Below are positions 1 through 11,326 of a stretch of 64,000 bases of DNA, in pieces (within the stretch, counting starts at the first letter, position 1; each line of letters begins with the position of its first letter). The notes under the pieces are model-generated. The model was not told the origin of the DNA, did no database searches, and worked only from the letters and a program-made list of their open reading frames with translations. Made by a program: the position numbers and the translations under genes. This DNA is from Haplodiscus bocki. Its lineage: Eukaryota. The stretch covers positions 129,022,001-129,086,000 of the forward strand of contig OZ296649.1 of the NCBI GenBank assembly GCA_965655095.1. The letters are read 5' to 3'.

Positions 1-60
1 AAATGAGAATGTGCGGGGTATTTATACCCGGGTATGGCGCAATCGAGTGATCGTCCAATA
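1..60 (-). promoter_or_regulatory. Pol II core promoter-like arrangement (CCAAT, TATAAATA, Inr-like TCATT) pointing out of the left window edge
   Basis: The minus strand reads ...ATTGG...CCCGGGTATAAATACCCCGCACATTCTCATTT. CCAATAGG also recurs at ~502 and ~545. The transcribed unit would lie outside the window. Confidence 0.35.
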
Positions 61-151
61 GGAGAGCGCCTGAAGATAGCAATGTTTGCTTGGGAATCAT
101 TTGATCGGCGAGGAGAGGTGAGGAGTGGCGGTTGTTCAGAATTATTGAGGT

Positions 152-336
152 TTTTGCGGCTAAGTCATGATTCGACTTAGAATATTTTCGCTGAAAGCGA
201 TTTTGCGGCTAAGTCAGAATTTGACTTAGAATATTTTCGCTAATGAGCGTTTTGCGGCTAAGTCATAATTTGACTTAGAGTATTTTCGCTGAAAGCGAAT
301 TTGCGGCCAAGTCAGAATTTGACTTAGAATAATTTC
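152..336. repeat. Tandem array of ~3.8 copies of a 49-bp unit with internal inverted repeats
   Basis: Units start at 152, 201, 250 and 299. Each has CTAAGTCA-N5-TGACTTAG (8-bp stem) plus TCGCT-GAA-AGCGA or a variant. Confidence 0.9.
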
Positions 337-2860
337 GAAGATCAAGAAAGGCGAGAGAAGAGGAAGTTCAAAGTTTTTAAGAGTAGAGGCGAAGAGGAAA
401 GAACAGAGCAAGTTGTTGACGGTAAGCGAGTGAGTGGATAAATGATCTCTTCGGTCGTGCCAAATGACTCTAAAATGGCATCATGCTGTTTTTTCATGCC
501 ACCAATAGGAAAACAGGGCATGATCGGCATGTCATACCTACTAGCCAATAGGCTGATAGTAGGATTTGGGCAAATTTGAAAATTTAATTTTTCTTCAATT
601 TCGTCATCAATTTGTGCAATTCCACCCGAGTAATCTCATATCTCGCCCCTGTCGCCATAATAGCGGCAAATATTTAACCATAAACATAATCATCAGCTTT
701 GTCGCCTCATAATCTGGTTTTCTGAGTTTTATCGTCTTGTATTTCCTGGGTCACCAGGGTCTTTTATTTATTCGTAAATATCTGTGGCAACACCTCCGAA
801 ATTCCTGCTGGGTAAGTCAACTTTATTTCCTTCGTAATCTTAATTAGCTCGTATTTCCTGTATAATTAACAAATATACAAACTGCACTGATAAATTTTGG
901 TGTTTATCTGAAATCTGATAAATCTTGGGCTCGCCATTTTGGGCAAAAATCTCTCGAGGTTAGTTTCAACTTTTCTTTATTATAAAATCATAAAACTGCA
1001 ATTTTTCATTAGGTTTAAGCGGTAGTCATAACGCGATAGTTTTAACTTTTGCAGAAAGTGAGTACTTTGCAGAAGCCGTCATCATCGCAGAGGTTGAGCT
1101 GTTGAAAATCCTCCAACAAATTCAGACTTAAAAAACAAGAGAAAAAGATTGGGAATGTTCATATGTTTGTTGTAAACCTGGTTGACTAAGTTTCAGTTGA
1201 AAGCACATCCTGGAATATGGTTTGGTCAGTGTCTGAATGACCCCTCGGAATCTTATGCTGATTTTGAGCTACGAAGGAATCTGGACTTTCATGGCTGGAG
1301 CCAACGCAGGCCCTGATCCGAAATTTGTAGCAAGTTGTTGGGGATGGAAATAGTGAAAAGGAGAAATGACTCACTTTGTGAGTATTCAGACATCATCTTG
1401 CCTGCTGCAGAATGCAGTCATAGGCAGGTGCACTCCATTGATACATAGCAAACGAATGGTCCGAAATGCTTATCAGCAGAGAGAGGGTAGCGACTGTTGA
1501 TGCAGCCCGGAAAAGCGATGCAGCATGTGAAGTTCTTCCATTGTAGCAAGATTGTTCGTCCTGAATATGTAGTGTGATTGATGGTAAAAATGAAAAGAGG
1601 TCAAATGAGTTCATCTTGCTGTTTCCAGCAATTGATTGGCATGAAGGCCACGGTTGCCTAGCGTTTCTGACGAGCGATGGCAGCCTGCCCGTGTGGCCTA
1701 GACCAAATACTTTTCATTAAAGAACTCGCTCAGCACGTTGTTAGAACCCCTAAAAATAATGAGAACGACCAAGGACAAAATTTGCCAGCGAGCTAGGTCT
1801 ATTTGAGCTGAATCGGATGCCATTTATTTAGTTCAACACTACAACCACACTGCAATGAGTGCTGAAAAGTTTTTGTGTGACTGGGACGAGTTACCAGCAG
1901 TACGGTTGATTGTTACACGTACAACATATTGTTTGCAACCGAGAACGTCAAAAAAGACTCGGTGGCACTACTTGAAGAATGCAGTTGCTCATATTTTTCT
2001 GGATTCAGAGGTACATCAACCAAGTGCAGTTTCAAGACAGTCGCGAAGAGGTACTTAGTGAGAACCAACATAGCAGGAAGCATGATGATTGAATAGGATG
2101 ACGTGTAGATGTTACAAAATTAATAAAACTTTCAGAACAACAGTCAACCAGCTAGCATTTCCTAAAAAATCACTCTAAAAAATGCACAGGAAGTTGATCC
2201 ATTGACGTTACCGAAGTAAATATAAGTTGTTTCTCATTGGTTGAATGATGCTCAGTGAGTGTTTGAGCACAGCAAGGATGATATCTTGACGGGAAGAACT
2301 TTAGTTTTACCGAAAAAAACTGTCTTTGACGCTGACGTAAGGGTCACCGGAAAGTTGCGGATTTCACAAAAGTAGAAAAAAACGCATAAAGTTCGGCTTT
2401 TTCTGTTTAGGTTGTAAATCATTGATTACAACACTAACGAAACATCGAGCCTCTAAATTAGATGTCTGCTGTTGTCATATTCTTCAAAGTTGGTCAATGT
2501 ACTTGACACCGCGAAACTTTGCATTGCGAGTAGACAATGAATGTTTGTCCTGACCAAAAACGTAATCAGTCCTCATAAGTGCCATCGGGAGGCTTATCTT
2601 GTTGTTATCTCAGTTCAGAATGGACATCAAACATTGCCCTCTCAACAAACACGACTTTTTGGAAACATTGCCCTCTCAGCAAATGGAAAAATCGCTACGT
2701 TGACGTGCGAGCGAGAAATGACACAATTGAATGTCAAAACGTTGGATTCGCAACTTTGTCAGAGGAATGATGCAATAATTGGCCCTAGTGTGCGGAGGTA
2801 GACAAAAACATACGGCAAAAACCTAAGGCAAAAACCAAGTCAATTGCCGAACGAGGACCG

Positions 2861-3070
2861 GTGCAAAACTTACAAACTCTTCACAATGATATTTCTTCCA
2901 ATAAAAACCTTCACGGCCCGACAAATTGCGTCCCAGCCATATCACAGATTTTTCCAAAAGTAAACTTCCTAACAAACATTGACGGAATTTGGTTAGAGCT
3001 GGACCCTTTGTATTTTGCAGATGTCTTGGCAAGACCCCAAAAAGTCATTACGGGGAAGCTGAAGTCCTAA
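2861..3070 (+). pseudogene. Possible Penelope-like element fragment (region between RT thumb and GIY-YIG)
   Basis: IFPKVNFL...LELDPLYFADVL...VITGK loosely resembles the PLE post-RT pattern L..DP....VF...PI...R. No RT core motif is visible. Confidence 0.2.
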
Positions 3071-3893
3071 TATTCATGCAGAGAAAATCAAAAGTCTTCC
3101 AGACGACATCACGTCGTTTTTTTTCAATAAATGAATGCGCAAAATCCACAGTATAACGGATCTGTTGAAAATTCATTGAGCTGGCGCCGGGAAGGAAGCC
3201 GTACGGAGAGCTATGGAAGGTGTAAATATCAGTAGTAACAGTATGAGTTGATCACGTGGGGAGAGGACCCTCCATGTATTAAGATAGGCTATCGCGAGCC
3301 AACTCGAGCTCAGAACCGAGAAGGGGTGTCCAATCCACTCTAGTCCGGAGTTTTCGGGAATTTTTGGGCGTCATGATACTCGATTCTGATTGGCTGACAA
3401 ACGTTTAGGGTTTTTTGTGCTCGATTTTTGTTGGCTGCCGAGAAAATTTTGGTTTTGGGCAAAAACCCGGGGTGTTTGGCAATGTATGAAAATAAGGTAT
3501 GATAAATGGCAATGCGCTACTATAGGTTTTACGCTTTTGCAATGTGTAATCCACCCAAATATGGAGTGGGCTTAAAGACTCATTTATGGCGTTGTGAGAC
3601 ATCTTTGAATTTTTTCTGAGCTTTTTCGAAGATTTTTTGTGGGCAGCAACGGAGCGCAGCACCCATGATTTTTAGGGCACGAACTTTTTATGACGCCTGC
3701 GGAAAGTTCATAGTGCCTACAGACACTGGTAAGACCTAATCGTCTAGTAGTAGAGGAGTTTGTTTGATTTGCAACGTGTAGGATTCATGCAATTCTACAT
3801 AAAAGGATGTGAAAAATCAAAAAAGTTAACTAGAGAGTACAAATACTAACAAAAACATTGTATAACCTGCACGTTTCAAATAAAAGCAGTAAA

Positions 3894-4290
3894 TTACTAC
3901 TTTTCGTTACTAGAAAATGAAATTGTATTAACATTGTGAACTCCAGTTGTTTTTCATTGCCAGAAATTGATAAGATGAAAAGCTGAGTAAACCGTGTAGA
4001 AACGAGCAAACACTGTGATAGGACTACAGAAGTTCTGACATCATTTGATTGTAGTGTTGCTTGAGGAAACTGTGTCATTCACGTCCAAGAAAGTCTTCAA
4101 AAGACATTTGGTGAAAACAATATGCAATATTCATCCAACGTCCATCCTGCCTACTGCTGTGTTGCATGTCTATTTTGCCATAAGTTTCATCCAGAAGAGT
4201 TGGAACATGAATTAGAGGGAATGAACCAAAGTACCAAAAACTAAGTGATGGGTTTCGACCAAAAAATTGCTGGACAGAAAGGCTCTCCAT
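3894..4290 (-). pseudogene. Maverick adenain-like cysteine protease (PRO)
   Basis: MESLSVQQFFGRNPSLSFWYFGSFP...DGRWMNIA...FEDFLGRE*HSFLKQHY...SVCSF follows the G.HW / FDSxG / Q...S.CG pattern, with the catalytic His lost. Confidence 0.75.
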
Positions 4291-4291
4291 A

Positions 4292-5648
4292 TTATAATTT
4301 TTTTCCAACAACGTCAAATTTGTCACCTGCAACCGAAAACATTCATTCTCCCACTACTAAAGCTTCAATAACGTGTTCTCGAGGATAAGTAAAAGATGAT
4401 GTTAGCTCCAATCTCGGTGGTTCTCTAACTAGTTCCGGGTACAGAAAATTTTCAGTAGCAGCTTGAAATGATGTCAAATCAAACACTAGTACATAGTGGT
4501 TTTCGGAATATCAATGGGGATTGAGGGGTTATCAGCTTGGAAATTCAATCTTTTCAGTGTTTCAACACCCAAGCGACTTTCACTGAAAGCACCAAAGTGC
4601 ACGGTTGGTTGACCACCTCTTGGTTTTTCAAATTGTCTGTGATCGAAATATTGATACCAGAATCGACTTTAAAGTTACGATCGAACAAACGCTTATTTTG
4701 TAATCATTGCAATAGTGATCCGATGCCCTGGAGCATCGTAAAAATTGTTTTCTGTAATGAAATAATTTTGTCTTGCGGGAATGATAAAATGCTTTGCTAG
4801 AGTCTCCCAAAAGTTGAACTCCACAAGTTTTCCGCAAGCACATCCCGTCTTTTCTCGTGATATTTGATATTGAGTTGAAAATGATGAGTGGAAAGGGTAC
4901 TATCAACAGTTCCAAGACTAAGGTTGGGGTTGTCATTTTTCATGTAAAAATTATGTCTTGGTCCGATTAGTCACAGCCTGTCGTTCGGAAACGGATATAG
5001 CAAATCCGTTAACGGGAAAAAAGTCAACACCCATTTACCATACAACATGAAGCCATCGGGACTATTAAGCATTTTTACCTTCCTGAAAAAGTTTTCAGCT
5101 ACGGGCAACTGCATAGTCTTATCAAGACTTTCTTCAAAGTCATACTAATCGCAATGCAAAACTGAAATTTATTCAGAAATAGTTCCCTGGAAGTTGTTGG
5201 AAAGGTAGAAATTGTGTGCATACAATCCATTGGAACTGTAAATTCGCTGATTATTATTGTACAGATCAATAATCGAAAAGTAAATATGAAATGTTGATTA
5301 CAGGAGTAACCAGATGAATGGGAGAGTTTTTTCCCTCCTGTTCCTTTTTCCATGCTTCTGCAGCCACTTTAGAGTCTTCGTTGTGCTTTTTTTTGAATTT
5401 TTGGAGTTTTGTTTGTTTCATAACCACAATCTCTGAGCAATTTCGGTTTCATCGCTGAAAAAATTTGCCTCAAATCAACGTAAAAGTTCCGATCCTTTCA
5501 AATGTTTAACTCTATGCAGTTTTCATCGAGCGAGGTAGTAGAATCAATTTTTTGTTTTTGAGACAAAAGACATCGTCATCTACAGGTAGCTTTTTCCAGG
5601 GTTTCAAGAAACTGCCACAGAAGATTGGCACCAAAAAATAGTCGACTT
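4292..5648 (-). pseudogene. Maverick double jelly-roll major capsid protein
   Basis: C-terminal NHYVLVFDLTSFQAATENFLYPELVREPPRLEL...VGE matches the FDLT and LRLE motifs of Maverick MCP. N-terminal TTSLDENCIE...DRNFYVDLRQ is also readable. Multiple frameshifts. Confidence 0.8.
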
Positions 5649-5669
5649 GAAGAATGTCAGAGGCTTGTA

Positions 5670-6005
5670 AAATTGTCTCTCCGCGACCAACTCGTTGTTC
5701 TGCTGATTTTGTTGTATTGATTCTGCTTGCAGGACTTCTCGCGCTACCAACATCCAATTGTTCTCTCAAATTTTGTATTTTCCCGCTATTTGCTGCTGTC
5801 TTTAATTTCTTCCTCCCGCTAACAACCTCTGCAACTTCCCAACAAGTAAACAGCTACACGTTTGGGAGCTACAATGATAAGTTTACGCAAAAAAAGGAAT
5901 TGCAGTTCTCCCAATAACTTGTTTAAGTGCACCGAATCACCTTCCACGCTGTCGACCAATACATCCATAGAATTGAAAGTCTACTTGTCTTGAAGCAACC
6001 GTGCT
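5670..6005 (-). pseudogene. Small basic Maverick core-type protein with QRGxG motif
   Basis: FYGCIGRQRGR*FGALKQVIGRTAIPF...GRKKLKTAA, located between penton and MCP as expected for this gene. Confidence 0.55.
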
Positions 6006-6024
6006 GTAGGGTCTTTCCAGGTAG

Positions 6025-6820
6025 AGATGAATGTTGGAAGCTTTCCTATAAATGAAGGTGAGACGGTTGATACCGATACCAAAAATATTTTTTCAAGGGT
6101 CGTGTTTCTCGAACCATTGCGATTACTTTGAAAAGAATTTTTGAGCAGCGTTCTGAATAATAGGATACTAAGGGTTCGTTAGTTCACGTACAGTCGAATA
6201 GCGTTTGTATCTCCAAGTTTCAGCTCTGAAATAGAGGGGAATCAATGCAGGAATGGAGTTTCTGTGTCTCCTACAAAACTATACTCCATCACGTTCGTGT
6301 TTGTCATGAGAGAGCGTATGAGGACATTTTTGTCAGCAAGTTTTGGTTTGTAAGGTTCTGTTCCTTCTAACATCATTCTAGAATAGTTGATAGCAATTCG
6401 TGCAGAAAACTGTCCGAAGTCCGTACTAAAGAAAGCAAAACATGATTTTTGTTTGTCAGGTTATTCTCAAACTTTTGTGGTCTTCGAGACACCTTAACTG
6501 TGCTACAACTTTTTTGTAATTTTGCTGCTCAGGGATGAGTGTGTTCATGGTGTCAACCATATCTCTAACGCAGGTGTGAAGACCGGGTTCCAGATATTAA
6601 TAAATTGACGGATTCGGAATGTTCCTATCCAAAAGCTCGAAATTCCCCTCTAACATTTACGTAGACTGATCGGTAAGGTAATTCCGAAATTTAAAATTCC
6701 CATTCTCACATTGCACCCCCTGAGTTAGTTATTACGCCGAAAGTTTGTAAGAGAACTCAGTATATACTCAGGTAACAATTGTGCAGATTGTTTAGAAACC
6801 AAATCAATTTTCAGCGATTT
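6025..6820 (-). pseudogene. Maverick minor capsid protein (penton)
   Basis: N-terminal IDLVSKQSAQLLPEYILSSLTNF (L.SN.S...FP.N..S.F pattern) and C-terminal MEYSFVGDTETPFL (VGD...PLLR pattern). Confidence 0.7.
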
Positions 6821-6824
6821 CTTT

Positions 6825-7725
6825 TGGAAACGACTTTGATCAACTCCATCTGCTAAAATTTTCCACATTTAATCTCTTTTTTTTTCGAGTTTAGTGAGGG
6901 TTTTCGGGAGAAATTTTTCACAAAATCAAAACCTTCTCGTGCTTGTAGCCCTTCCTATAGGGTTAGTCATTTTTGGGAATTCGAATTCCGTCTCCAGTTC
7001 TAATTGTGGGTTTTCGTCGTTCCGGTAGTGGCTTGCTGTACACAATGGTCAAAAAGCCGGATTTTCCGACGTTGTCTGCGATCAAGTCCAACGAGCAACC
7101 TCCTCTAGAAATTAGGGTAATGACGAACTGGAACAGTTTGGGACCCTAGTTGTGTACATGGTCCCATAATATTTCACGCAATGGGTAACGAAGGCTTTTC
7201 AAGGATCGTTTTGTACGCTCAGCAAATGCAGCCTTATTGACACACATTGAAGAGTAAATTTTTCTTCCTTTAGTTTTGCAAAATTCTTGAATACCTCCAG
7301 CATTTTTTATTTTTTGTTCCTCTGTTGATGCAAAGTTTTTTGGGTCAAATTTTGCTGGGCCTGAAAGATAAAAGTTCATGTACCGTTTCGATGGAACCTT
7401 TGGTTTCATTTCCTTTACCATATACGGCTCTCTCAAGCAAGTCTTGACGAACTAGTAGATACTTCACACCACTTTGGTCTATGGCTAGTTTATCAACTTA
7501 TGCCAGGACCATACTCGAATTATCGTTCTGGACACTAGTAAACACCTGCAATTTCTTGAATATACGCGTACACAGAGTAAAGTTTGTAGAAGAAGATTTT
7601 TGTTGAAAAAAAATCTCCCCGCAGATACTAGTGGACTACTAGTTTTGACTATTTTGTGCAAATACCCATAAGCAGCACCACAATGTGTGCAAGCTCATTG
7701 CAGCTTCTGACATTTTTCTTGAAGA
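6825..7725 (-). pseudogene. Maverick retroviral-like (rve) integrase
   Basis: VDKLAIDQSGVKYLLVRQDLL; ORF 7146-7436 contains FCKTKGRKIYSSM..NKAAFAERTKRSLK (catalytic E in AER). The C-terminus ends GDGIRIPK...GKF*QMELIKV. Confidence 0.85.
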
Positions 7726-8127
7726 TACCCAGCTTCGCTTCGTCTCTTTTTTTTGCGTTGGCATCTTGCATCAAGACCCTTGTCGCAGATATACCAGGTG
7801 CTTAAAGTCAAGTATAATATTTGCTTGGATGTGCGCGTTTTCTTAATTCAGATGTTCAGCAAATTTTGACAGTCAGACTTTCGTTTTGACTCCATCGAAA
7901 CTAAAAGTTTGTGATTTCGGGAGCTCGATATGAGGACAAGGCAAAATTTTCTCTATTAAAAAAGCTACTTTAGCAAACATTTTTTCCATTTCTCTCTTCA
8001 GCTAGTCAATGTGGTACGTAGGATTTTGTTCAGTTTTTTACTTTGGAAGTTGTTGCTTTGCAACTGGCTGAGCAGTGAAACTCCTGTTGCTGTACACAAA
8101 AACAGGGACGAGAAGAAACTGTTCCAT
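7712..8127 (-). pseudogene. Maverick conserved hypothetical protein
   Basis: MEQFLLVPVFVY...KQQLPK*...KILPCPHIELPKSQT: a coding-like frame with stops, abutting its neighbours head to tail. Confidence 0.45.
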
Positions 8128-8128
8128 A

Positions 8129-8340
8129 TTAGAACGAAGGGATATTGACCAAAAACACAATGACTTTTTTGAGCCGTAGGTTTTTTCTGGATGCCAGTAG
8201 ATCTGTTCTCTGCTTCCATTTTGTTATTCCAAGAAAAAACAACCAAACGTTGTGTTGAACTTCTACCATGTGATGTCTTTTTGTGCTTTGGAAGTCTCAT
8301 TTCAGCAGGATTACCATGCATTTGTCGCAGAGAAACTGGA
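8129..8340 (-). pseudogene. Small basic Maverick protein (CxC..N.LKG-type)
   Basis: FLCDKCMVILLK*DFQSTKRHH...KWKQRTDLLASRK, directly downstream of the ATPase. Confidence 0.4.
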
Positions 8341-9084
8341 AATCTGTTTTTAACAAGACTGAAGAGAATGACGTCTGCATTTGCTGGAAATTGATTGGAA
8401 CATTTGTAGAGTAGAAACACTGTGTGTTTATCGTAGAAGAAGTTGAAATGCTTCAACTATTTGGCGAAACAAAATTTTGATAGAACGGATCCGCTGTTTT
8501 TCCAGTAACGTAGTTGATCGTATGTTCGTGGCGACAAGTCAATCAGCAAATGGCCATAGGGAACAGAATTTGGTTCGCGATACGAATCAACAAAGTCTGA
8601 TCTGAGCCCCACTTAGACACTGAGCGTACTGAATCGCATCACATCATTGGGAGACTTGGAGAGAACAATGTGCGTGTTTTGGAAACCAAAGTCAAGCCCC
8701 AGTTCATGTTGATGAAACAAGCTCTTCATAATATGCATAGTGATCAATCCACGATGTGTTCCCGTGGTAGCAGAATCAAACATAACTTTTGAAACGCAAA
8801 ATTCTTCATATGAAAGGTCAAAGATGAACAAAAACTTTGTTCCAATGTTTTATAACGAACCGAAAAAATCAAGGTTTACTCCTAGAATAAATTGAAATTC
8901 ATCCAATTTATTGCAGAACATCCTGAATTAAATGACAGAGTGTAGGCGAAACAATTGCTTTTGTCATATTTGGGTAAAAAGTTCCATTTCAGGGCCATTT
9001 TCATTTTTATTGCAGTTTTCTTGTCTCGGTTGCATCGACCAATAATATAATGACGCATTTTTTTGTTGGCAATAATATATTCAT
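8340..9084 (-). pseudogene. Maverick A32/FtsK-HerA-like DNA packaging ATPase
   Basis: Decayed Walker A (LLVDATETRKL), Walker B (FIFDL), TGTHRGL (GRH motif), LFHQ...QNTHIVLSKSPND and PYGHLLIDLSPRT. Confidence 0.85.
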
Positions 9085-9449
9085 AGTATTCCTGAGGGTA
9101 GGAAATATCTTGCTGCACTACACAAAACTCGCAACCCAACAGTTGATTCGTCACAAATTTCCGAAAGAAAAAAGCTCCTAAGGCAACCAAAAAAACCAAT
9201 AAAATGACAAAAAAAGGGGCAAAAAAACATTCAGAGATCCGAAATAAGTTTTGTCCCAGAGAAAACCACAAATTTCTTTGTTTATTGATGTAGGCGCAAA
9301 CATCTTCTCCAAAATTAATTTCAGTTTCTTGATCAGCTATCTAGCTTGAACACTCATTTTGTCAAAAATGATTTTTGAGAAAAAAGAAATTAATCAAAAA
9401 AATAGGTACTTTGATTCAGACAATCTTTTTCACAATACAAAACTTACAA

Positions 9450-9900
9450 CCTCATAAGCTCCAATGTCCAGTTACTAAACAATTTTACCTCGAGCTTTGT
9501 AGAGTGAAGTTCAGTCTTGTACATGAATGGGTAACTGGTTAACTGGTGGGAATCCAAATTTTTTCGTTCGCTTTAAGATCAACAAGACCCTGAACCCTGT
9601 GGCAGCCATGGTGAACCAATTTTTTAAATTCTTTTATATTAAGCTCTCAACAATCTTGCTTTCTTGGAAAAAATGTAACCTTTACATCTTCGTAAAGAAG
9701 TTTTATAAGCTCACTGTTACCCAAACATCCACCGTTCCACACGATTTTGTGATTTTCAACAATTTTTATGCAAAACATTTTTAATTGTTTGTGGGTTTGT
9801 ACTTTGTTGGAGAATAGAATGACTACCTTTGGATATTCCTATCAAAATAAACCCCGAAAACCTGGAAAACGTGAATATCTGAAATCTCAGTGTACAAAGA
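9450..9900 (-). pseudogene. Maverick accessory ORF relic
   Basis: HKIVWNGGCLGNSEL...HGC resembles the HG(I/L)xW..G...Y pattern of Maverick accessory nuclease-like ORFs. Heavily decayed. Confidence 0.3.
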
Positions 9901-9927
9901 AGTTGAAGACAAATTGTTTCAAAAAGA

Positions 9928-10027
9928 GAATGAAATCAAAAAGACAGCAGAAAAAGTTGCTATGAAAAATCAAAAGTCTAGTCCAGTCACGTGACCAAGC
10001 ACACGTGAATTTGGTCCTCGTCCAATC
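9928..10027 (-). promoter_or_regulatory. Putative late promoter of the Maverick structural cassette
   Basis: ATTGG (10026-10022), CACGTG (10007-10002), perfect palindrome GTCACGTGAC (9995-9986) and Inr-like TCATTC (9933-9928). Confidence 0.4.
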
Positions 10028-10759
10028 AAGTAACAGTGGCCCGGATTTTCATTTGGTTTTCACCAAACTGCTCCACCATCATCATATAAAATTCCACCTT
10101 GTCTGATTTCTTTGAAGTGACAAGATTAAAAGTCCAAGTACATGTCCCCAAAACCAATGATACCACCATATTTAAAAAATTGAAAGTCTGGTCCGTCTGA
10201 CGTTAAGAGATTTTCCTATCTAAACAGCGACGTGCATTTAGGAAAAAAATTTTCCAACCACAATTGTGTTCAAAAGATGATTTCACTTCCGAGGAGTATC
10301 GGGAAATGCTCAATATAAACAGAACATCCATTCGTTATAGAAATTAATTCAATGTAGTAGTTGTTTGATCCAGTGCAAGTCAATGCTTCAATGAAATGTC
10401 AAACTAAGCCATTAGACATACTCATTTTGCTAAGAGTTTCGGGTAATCTGTCAATTTCAGATCGGCTTCAATATTTTTGAGGTAAAAATTGTTTCGGTAA
10501 CACTACGCGACAATGTTCAACTTCTCTGTAACAGTCTAGAAACTTCCACATACTTCTATGCTGCAACTATTTATTCTGCGTGTTAGGCAAACAATTTCAT
10601 CCCTCGGATTAGTTTTCTCAATGTCTCGTAGTCTCGTAATTGTTGCGTTTAAAGTATAGTTAGTGTATGTTTTTTGGTGGATGTTTTCGGCGTTGTAGGT
10701 ACAATAGGAAATAGCAACAAGAAAGAGATGTCTGAAAAGAGTAAATAGTTGCGATTTTT

Positions 10760-11326
10760 TCTCATAGGACCTTACAAAAAAAGGTTATTGGTGTTTTTGT
10801 CTAATGTATACAGAATTATTTATTTCCAGTTCTTCAGTTTCATAATTCACATAGAAACTTTAATGAAATTTTTTCTCCTCCTTCTTCCTCGCAATGAATC
10901 GGACTTCAGCATAAAAATTTTCCGGAATTATCTCGTTTTGCCGCAGCAGAGTCACTGAAACCTTTTGTTTGCTCGGTGTACACCGTTAACCACTTTGTGA
11001 GCCAGCTTGCGTTGCTCATACCTATCATTGAAACTTGCTGACATGAGCACCGGAAATAAACTTTCCTCTCTGCTATTTTTTTATTAATGCAACAACTGGC
11101 TGAATTCGTAGTCTCAATAATTAGTTGAAGGCCGTCATTCTCATTGCAGATTTTGTACGATTCGAAAAAATTTGTTGTCAACTTTCATGGAGAAATTGAG
11201 TTGTACATTGAAGTAGCAGAAGATTTCTTTGAACTATCAAAATTTTCCAAGTGTTTATTGACATTTACCAACATCCACATATTTGACGCAAGTTAGCTTG
11301 TCCAAGGCAGTGGTGTTGTAAGCCAT
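10760..11326 (-). pseudogene. Maverick accessory ORF relic (possibly PC4-like)
   Basis: Starts MAYNTTALDKLTCVKYVDVGKCQ and continues as a broken coding-like frame. Confidence 0.35.

Noticed and set aside
152-336. CRISPR repeats or hammerhead ribozymes
   Set aside because: The sequence between palindromes is also repeated, and there is no complete CUGANGA/GAAA core in the correct stem context.
650-792. 143-bp TG...CA mini solo LTR with 8-bp inverted ends
   Set aside because: The flanks do not give a clean TSD, and there is no second copy, PBS or PPT.
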